Source of the DNA: Zygophlyctis sp. KS116
Taxonomy: Eukaryota; Fungi; Chytridiomycota
Reading direction: 5' to 3'
DNA: 32,000 bases
NCBI GenBank assembly: GCA_054661495.1
Contig: BAAFSQ010000060.1
Span: forward strand, 1-32,000
Shown here: positions 24,254 to 32,000 of the stretch, one piece after another
How the letters are laid out: each line of letters opens with the position of its first letter
Numbering within the stretch: the first letter of the stretch is position 1
Translations under genes and position numbers: made by a program
Notes under the pieces: generated by a model
Database searches by the model: none
What the model was told of the DNA's origin: nothing
The model's input: the letters and a program-made list of their open reading frames with translations, nothing else

Positions 24254-26446
24254 TTATATTGGAGTTTTAACGAGATTGATGTACCACACGGATTTCTTTG
24301 ATGTAGGGGTAGAGATTTCAGTTTCCCTATATATTATACGTAAAATTGTGGATGTACCCTGATATAATTGCTCCGCCTCGTAATGGTTTTACGATTCTCC
24401 CATTTAGGAAGGGATTTACCAAATTCCTATCTTTATTTAGAGTGCTGAAATCATTGTTTTGAGAGATTTTCAGTTTTTTTTGAGCTTCTTCCAGTGACTT
24501 TTCGAGATTATATATCTTTTCAGTTCTGGAATTCAGCTTCTGCTCTGACAAGGAGACACTCTTCTTCAATTCCAAATTTTGATCGACTAATTGCTTTTGA
24601 ATTTTTGACAACTGTTCCAAGCTCTGCTCTAAAAAGTACATTTTTTGCATTTGCTCTTGATCATTGATCACCTTTGATTCGGATAGCTCATCTGATTCTA
24701 AATTTTCTGCTGTTGGTTCAAAAATTGTACTCTGAGATCTATAATATTAAATTTATATTTTCACCTTGATCGAATCTATTTATATAAGTCATTTTTAAAA
24801 TACCGATAGATTTTGTATCTCTTCGCTTAAGCTTTTATTCGCATCCTGCAGTGTCCCCAAAAACTGCAGTTGCTCATTATTGACAGCTCCTACATTCTCA
24901 ATCTGCTCTTCCAAGGTTTTAACTTGATCTTTAAGTGAGCTATTTTCCTAAAATTATCCAAAATGATCCTACATCAGCCAAAATATCCTTGATTTCCATT
25001 ATATTTTGCAGCTTGAGTCTTAAATCCTCTAAAACAATATCCTTTTCCCTGAGAAAACTGTCTTTTTCGGCCAACATATCAGATAACTCATTTTCTCTTC
25101 TTAAAAAGAGTTCACGTTCTTCCTCTGATAATGTAGATACAGCAATACTTTCTTCTGTTGATTTTAGTCTATCAGAATCTAAAGCCTTAATTTTTGTCCA
25201 TTGAGTTTCCGGAATATTGCTTCCCATTCTCCATTTCTTGAGTTCGGATTCTAAGCTTTCTGTATATTTTTTCAATGACAAAAGATCAGTTTGAGCTTCT
25301 TTGAGTAGTCTCTTTAGCTCAAGAGGAGGCAATTCGGCATTAATCTTTGCATGATTCTTTATGCATTTTGCACGAACTCCAAATCTTAGTGTAGAAATAG
25401 TTTCTGATGCATTACAATATGACGGCGAACAATTAACAATGAGTGTAGTTTTAGAATTCCCTCCAATAGAATCTTGAAGGAGCCTTGTAAGTTTAGAGTC
25501 TCTATATGGTACATGTGCAGACTTTTTATTATTTTAATCTTAATTTACCTTTCCGTCTGTCAAGGAATTGATGACATTTCCTAAAGCCGACAAAGACTTG
25601 TTAATCTTTTTAGCTTCCTCTAATGTTTGACCACTTGCACCAGTCTTTGAGACTTTTTCTGATCCAGCTAAATCAACTAGAAAAAGCTTTCCACTTTTAA
25701 AGATCCCATTTTCAATATTTCTTTGAGTCACATTAATTATAAAGATTGCATGACTCCTAGAACTTTCTTCATTCATATTAGTAGTAGCAGTTACTCTTCC
25801 GGAAAGTCCACTTTTCATTACTTGTAAAACTTCATTTGAAGATGCAGCAAAAACTTGTGTCAGATCTTTTACGTAAACTCCTCTTATTTTATCCTCGTGA
25901 ATAACTAAATTATCTTTTCTAGAATCTAAAAGATCTCTAATTCTTTCCATATAAATTTCCATAAAAGAAACATTCACAGTAAATTCTAGATTACTTGAAG
26001 AGTTTAAAATAGAATCAAAAATATGGTTTGAGATTCTAGGAATTACACCACGCAGACTATCAGATTCCACGTCCGGACCCATCATAGTATAAGTCTTTCC
26101 AGAACCTGTCTGACCATAACATAATAATGAGCCATTCCATCCATTCAAAACGTCCTTGACTATATGAGCTGCAGTAGAATTATAAAACTCTAATTGACTC
26201 GTGTCTTTCTGAAATACATTATCAAATACAAAATATCCAGAGAAATCACGATACTAATATCAATACCAGCCAATTCAAACCTTTATTTGTATTCCGGTTT
26301 GATCATCATCAAATTCTAATAAATGGTTTCCTGACTTATCGACCGACTCCTTGTCCGAACAAGGCCTAAATCGGCAAACAACTTTAATACTATCTTCAGA
26401 ATTATATGCTGTTATGTATACCTTGATTTGATTTATCTGCCAACAT
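24254..26446 (-). CDS. Kinesin-1 (conventional kinesin heavy chain)-like, about 666 aa; introns 26394-26421, 26254-26280, 25522-25548, 24948-24972, 24776-24803, 24739-24764, 24327-24357
   Basis: [45 protein letters not shown]-like tail RIVKPLRGG. Confidence 0.9.
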
Positions 26447-26661
26447 ACTTATGCCCCGAATATTTATTATTTGGCACGCCTGGCTAATCTTGATCGGACA
26501 TGGATGATATTTTTGTCAAAACATTTTTTAGCATGAATATTATTGATTTATTTTAATAGTAATAATTGATGTTAGCTATTGATCATGCAAATAATTAATC
26601 ATTCAAATTAAATCATGCAGATCAGCAAGATCAGTAAACTCCTAAACCGATAGCCAAAGAA

Positions 26662-27768
26662 ATGTCAAACGGCCGCTTTTTAGTCTCAGTTTCAGATCAA
26701 GATCGGTTAATCAGACTTGTTGAGAATGGATTTGCTTATCATTCAATGACGATCATCTCTGATAAATCAATGCAAGACAAATTACAAATAGATCAAGACT
26801 TACAAGCATCCTTTGCAACGATTGCATTATCATTAAATGACATTTTAGAAACTGAATTTCTTCAAAAGGCTCAAAGAGGTTTTTTTTATTTCTGATCAAA
26901 AGGGAATATCGTTGCTATTACAAAAGGAAAGCGGATAGATGTCGATGATGTTTTTATTATTACACATTCTGGTAAATTAATAATGACTGATTCAAGGATA
27001 TCTCATTTTGCATCTAACAAAAGAAACTTATTACAAGTTGGGATTGATTGGGAAAAAATCCAAATACTCTAAAAATTCATCAATTTTAAAATATGGTAGT
27101 TAAAAAAATACTCATTATCTAAGTCGTTGAAATTAATTTACTAAACTTACATAAATCTAAAGCACAATTAGATAGGATCAAATGGTCATTTACAAATGTA
27201 TTATCATCAACATTTGAATTTTATATTTCTGATATCTCTGGTACTATAGACGGTATTATGCAAGAGAAGACATGTAAAATTCAGTCTAATATCAAGAATG
27301 CCGTTCAAACTCCAGATTTTTCTAATCTAAACTTGAAAAAGATTCAAAATATTGAAGAAGAAATATTGGATATTATTGAATGGTTTGGCATGGTTCAAAT
27401 TGATTCAGATTGGATTAAAGATGGGGTCATGGCGGATCCTTTTATTAGTGTTTATTCACCACCCTTGAATTCATCTGTCAAGGATTTATCAGTAATTGAA
27501 TCTGTTGGACTTATTCATCCATCCAAAGCAGCTCAAATGGTAAAACATATCTTGTAAGAATAGTGATTTTATTTAAATTAGAGAAATTATGGATGGAAAT
27601 TGGTTCATATTATCAATGATTGGATTTAGAGATTCTCCGATTTCATGGAATCATCAGGAACATGGATATTTATACACTGGAGAGAACGATCTTGTTGTAA
27701 TCGGACATAAAAATGAACTTTTGACGGCGCAAGTCGTTGGATCGCATGAAAGAGGTCTGAAGTTTTGA
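26662..27768 (+). CDS. RPP40: RNase P/MRP subunit RPP40-like; introns 26879-26902, 26972-26996, 27096-27123, 27554-27581; true start may be ATG 26615 via one more small intron
   Basis: Spliced product contains RIDVDDV, G.LIL.LTKETY..LGL.G, EWFGMV, W..LSMIGFRDSPISW...EHG....GEND. Confidence 0.75.
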
Positions 27769-27778
27769 TTAAATAAAA

Positions 27779-29054
27779 ATGGCTTTAAAGGGAATTAGAA
27801 TTTTAGATCTTACTCGTATTCTGGCAGGGCCTTATTGCTCAATGATCTTGGGTGATATGGGTGCAGAAGTAATTAAAGTTGAGCATCCAATAAACGGAGA
27901 TGATACAAGGAAATGGGGACCGCCGTTTCTAAAATCAATAGATCAGTCTTGTACTGAGAGTGCATACTTTCTAGGCGTCAATAGAAATAAGCAAAGTATT
28001 GCTGTAGATCTTAAACATTCAATGGGCGTCGATGTAATCAAAAGGATCGCTAATGTCTCGGATGTTGTCATTGAGAACTATTTGCCAGGGAAATTAGATC
28101 AACTTGGATTGGGTTATTCTGATTTATCTAGAAATAATAAGGGACTCATTTATGCTTCGATTACTGGATATGGACCAACAGGTCCTTTTGCAAATAAACC
28201 AGGATACGATGTTATCATTGAAGCAGAGGCAGGTTTAATGCATATTACAGGAGAGAATTCAAGACCTCCAGTAAAAGTAGGAGTTGCAATTACGGATTTA
28301 ACAACTGGATTATATGCACATGGTGCTATTTTAGGGGCGCTTTTGGCTAGATCAAAGTCTGGAAAAGGTCAAAAAATAGATGTTTCATTATTGGAATGTC
28401 AGGTAGCTAATTTAGCAAATATAGGACATAACTATTTGATTGGTGGTTTAGAGGCAGATCGACTTGGGACTGAACATCAGTCCATTGTTCCTTATCAAGT
28501 AATCATAGTTGTCTGATGATATTTAGGCTTTTAAGAGTTCAAATGGCTATATAGTGATTGGAGCAGGGAATGACTCTCAATTTGCTAAATTATGCAAATG
28601 TTTAAATTTAGAATATTTGATTTCAGATTCAAGGTTTTTAACAAATCAAGATCGAGTTAAAAACCGGGAAGCATTGGTAATTTCTTAAATTTAAATTTTT
28701 TAATAGGTGTCAATCATACTGGAAGTCACATCCAAAGAAACAACAGAGACTTGGTTAAACATTTTGGAGGGTTCTGGGATTCCTTATGGTCCTGTAAATA
28801 ATATTTCTCAAACTTTTTCTCATCCTCAAGTCAAACATCGGTCAATGATACAAGAAGTAAATCATCCTTTAGTTGGAACGATCAAATTGATTGGACCCGC
28901 AGTCAAGTACTCTGACACGCCATGTACTATTCGTTCTCCTCCTCCTCTATTGGGACAACATACTAAACAAGTTTTGCAAGAAATTTGTAAATTTAATCAA
29001 GATGAAATCAATGATCTGATTAGAAATGGAGCGGTTTCTGCACACGAGGGGTAA
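27779..29054 (+). CDS. CoA-transferase family III (CaiB/BaiF; SUGCT-like); introns 28499-28526 and 28677-28706
   Basis: [18 protein letters not shown]...[43 protein letters not shown]. Confidence 0.92.
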
Positions 29055-29124
29055 GTTTGTTTATATTTACATTGCAGATGAGGCGTTTGGAGGCATTTTG
29101 TTTACAATCTTTTTCATAAAACTT

Positions 29125-29694
29125 ATGAGATATTCTTTAAGAAGCAGAAAGGATAAGCGTCCAGTATCGGCAGAGGAACCTCCAGCCGATATTGTTAAAA
29201 AGACCAAAATCATTAAAACTACAACAAAAGTCAAGCCAAAAGATCAAACAAACCATGATTCAAAAGAGTTGACAAAGAAAGTACAGATGAAACATATCAT
29301 TCGTCCATCACTCCCAATCTCTGATGCAAAGCAAAGATTAATAAGAGAATTGTCATTCGTACAGGGTAAACCATCAGAGATCAAGGAAAAATCCAAAACT
29401 AAAAAGAAATTAGTTCTTCATAAGATTGATTTGAAAGGATCTGGAAAGATCCACAAATCATCTCAAATGGATGGAAAACATCTCAGCAAAATATTGTTGG
29501 GAAAAGTCCAACAGTTAAATTCGGACATTACACCTTCGATAGCAAAAGCTAGAGACCATGCATCTCCAGCAAAATTAGCGATCCAGACTGAGATATTGAA
29601 ACGAGCAGTTCTCAAAGAGATTAGACAAGCGGCGGACAAAAGTAAGAAATCCGCCGCAAAATCTCCAATAAAATCTCCTCTAAAAGGTCGTTAA
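29125..29694 (+). CDS. Lys-rich, probably disordered hypothetical protein (may be the 5' part of the next gene)
   Basis: Open frame from ATG 29125 (MRYSLRSRK...) with SPxK motifs at the end. No recognisable domain. Confidence 0.45.
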   Translation: MRYSLRSRKDKRPVSAEEPPADIVKKTKIIKTTTKVKPKDQTNHDSKELTKKVQMKHIIRPSLPISDAKQRLIRELSFVQGKPSEIKEKSKTKKKLVLHKIDLKGSGKIHKSSQMDGKHLSKILLGKVQQLNSDITPSIAKARDHASPAKLAIQTEILKRAVLKEIRQAADKSKKSAAKSPIKSPLKGR

Positions 29695-29728
29695 ATAGAG
29701 TCTATTTTTTAAATTGATTGAAATTGCC

Positions 29729-30407
29729 ATGTCGTCTATTGTTGAATCAAAGAATATCAAGGAATTGAAAGAAGAAATACTGGAAAATAAGCAAATTAAA
29801 GTCTCTATGGAAACGGTAAAGGAAACGCGTCTAGAGCTCATAGTTCAGACATTTGTGGATAATATCATACTCACTGCATTAGCTGAAATTAAAAGTACTC
29901 TTCAGATTACTAAAATCAATGCTCAAGTCTCTTGTTTACGATTAAGTCCGAGTAAAAGAACTCATAAGGACTTTCTGGATGATGATTTTATAAATAATGC
30001 GCCGTTAATCATATTTCAGGACTCTAAACAATCTGAATCAATCTCAGATTGCTCAAAGACTGCAAATAAAACTCCTAGTCAAAAAGTAGTTGATTTTGCT
30101 AATCCTGATCAGCGGTACTTATGGGACAAGGAAAACTATGATCCAATTAAAAAACAATACTCAACTGATCGAAAAAAGAGAATCAAGGGTCTATCGGACA
30201 ATAAGGGTAATAACAGTAGAATTCCATTGGCAGATCTAACACAAAAAAATCTAGTGGTAATAATCATTTCTAAATTTTTAGGAATCTAATAGTAATTCTC
30301 TTCTCAGTAGACCGGCACGATTTATTGTAAGACCAAAATCTCCCAAGAAACCTAGTACTAACAGAAATGAATCTACAAAATCTGTTAGTTTGCTCAGAAT
30401 GCGTTAA
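29729..30407 (+). CDS. Hypothetical protein with KEN box, D-box and C-terminal MR tail (candidate APC/C regulator); intron 30257-30281
   Basis: DKENYDP and RIPLADLT; the spliced last exon ends ...SVSLLRMR* at 30405-30407. Confidence 0.55.
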
Positions 30408-30438
30408 CTGTATTTAAATCTGTTCAATAAATCTCGCT

Positions 30439-31480
30439 TTATTTCTTAATCTTTTCAGTTAATTCTGGAACTGCCTTGAATAAATCAGCCACTAATCCAT
30501 AATCTGAAACTTGAAATATTGGAGCTTCAGGATCCTTATTGATGCAAACAATCGTTTTTGAATCTTTCATTCCAGCTAGATGCTAAAGATTAAATATTAA
30601 TAAACACCTGAATAGCTCCAGAAATCCCGACTGCGATATATAAGCTTGGAGCAACAATCTTTCCAGTTTGCCCAACTTGTAAATCATTTGGAACAAATCC
30701 AGCATCAACTGCAGCTCTAGATGCGCCAACAGCTCCACCCAATTTATCTGCCAAATCGTATAAAATCTTGAAATTCTCTCCAGATTTCAAACCTCTTCCT
30801 CCACCAATAACAACAGTAGCACTTCCTAATTCTGGTCTATCAGATTTTGAAAGTTCTTCAGACACCCATTTAGTAGATTGTTTCAAGTCTGATGGAATAC
30901 TTAAATTTTCTACTGATCCTTTTCCACCTGTAGCTTCAGCTGGCGGAAAAGCAGTTGTCCGAACAGTAATTATTTTAACATCATCTGTTGATTTTACTTT
31001 TGCAATAGCATTCCCTATCCATAAATAAAAACTCTTCTCACCAGCATAAAATGGTCTTGTAAACGTTTCCGCATCATCAATCTTGATAACATCAGAAATT
31101 TGTGCTACATCCAACAATGCAGCAACTCTTGGCATAACATTTTTACCAAAGGCCGAATGTGGAGCAATTACATGACTAAACCCACCACTTTTAATCGCAG
31201 ATACAATTAAAGGCCCACAAGTCTCTGGCAAATTGTATTGCAACAATGGAGAAGAAGCAACAAGTACTTTATCAACAGCGGATACATTAGATAATGCCTT
31301 TGCAACTGCATCCAACTCTTTACCGTTACCACTCACCAATGCGGTTACGGAACCAACTTGTTTAGCAGCCGTCAAAGTATTCAGAGTATGTCCTGCAAAC
31401 TTACCATTCTGATGTTCTACAACTACTAAAGTTGACGCAAAACATCTCGATAGCTTTAAAGTTGACTGATTGAATCTCAT
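30439..31480 (-). CDS. ETFA: Electron transfer flavoprotein alpha subunit, mitochondrial; introns 31015-31041 (stop-less, in frame) and 30583-30607
   Basis: Mitochondrial presequence, [13 protein letters not shown], spliced YAG|[34 protein letters not shown]|HLAGMKDS. Confidence 0.96.
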
Positions 31481-31495
31481 CAAAAATATTTTTTT

Positions 31496-32000
31496 ATGGA
31501 TAATTGGTATAGTAAAGCTAGCGAATATTGGTCAAAAATTCCAGGTAATAACTAATAATAACTAATATTTAAGCGACTGTCGATGGAGTTTTAGGAGGAT
31601 ATGAATCTATTTCTGATATTGATCTTGAATCATCTCTAGAGTTTTTATCTCCATTTTACTCAAAAGACTCTATAGAATCCAAAGATTCAAAGGCTCCTAG
31701 TATATCTTGTGATTGCGGTGCTGGAATCGGAAGAGTTACAAAAGGACTACTAGTTAAATTATTTGATAAAGTAGATTTAGTAGAATCAAATCCAAAGTTT
31801 ATTCAAGAAGCAAAATCCAATTATTTAAGTGATTTATCTGATAATATTGGACTTTATATTCAAGTTGGGCTAGAAGATTTTAATCCATTACCTTCAAGAT
31901 ACAATTTAATCTGGTGTCAATGGGTTTTGGGACATTTAAAAGATTCTGATTTAATTCTATTTCTAAAAAGATGTAAGAATAGACTCAGTCAAGGAGGAAT
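31496..32000 (+). CDS. NTMT1: Alpha-N-terminal protein methyltransferase (NTMT1/Tae1), truncated by window end; intron 31545-31573
   Basis: WY.KA.EYW..IP|ATVDGVLGGY, DCGAGIGRVTKGLL, DLVE, Y.LIWCQWVLGHL.D. Absent from the ORF track. Confidence 0.9.

Noticed and set aside
26615-26661. 20-nt intron (26634-26653) as the shortest in the window
   Set aside because: A 29-nt GC-AG alternative (26625-26653) or a start at ATG 26662 fits equally well, and no conserved motif decides it. It is not counted in the 48.
1-32000. Fragmented ORFs read as pseudogenes, programmed frameshifts or stop-codon reassignment (ciliate-like code)
   Set aside because: Nearly every break has a GT/GC-AG segment of 23-31 nt whose removal restores frame and motifs. 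TAA, TAG and TGA all serve as normal terminators at conserved C-termini.
1-32000. Prokaryotic operon, CRISPR array or defence system
   Set aside because: The gene content is eukaryotic (TAF7, kinesin, CFAP96) and I saw no repeat-spacer array, rRNA or tRNA.

Overview
This is eukaryotic, not prokaryotic, DNA: an AT-rich, very gene-dense genome read with the standard code. It is most likely a zoosporic (chytrid-like) fungus, an inference from fungal-type genes (GT71 mannosyltransferase, kinesin-1 tail, DUR3/DUR31-like transporters) occurring with the cilium-associated CFAP96. The fragmented ORF track is explained by tiny spliceosomal introns. By hand I placed 48 frame-restoring introns, all 23-31 nt (47 GT-AG, 1 GC-AG), which assemble about 25 genes. 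Intergenic gaps are often under 30 nt, and one divergent pair has start codons 4 nt apart. The highlights are a secreted violaxanthin de-epoxidase-like protein in a non-photosynthetic genome, a membrane-anchored CBA1/BtuF-like putative cobalamin-binding protein, a 3-exon metallothionein-like gene not assembled in the ORF track, a candidate KEN/D-box/MR-tail APC/C inhibitor, an 11-nt microexon in a shortened kinesin-1, and a partly homogenised tandem transporter triplet. All family calls come from motif recognition by eye. No database search was run and no splice site is RNA-verified.
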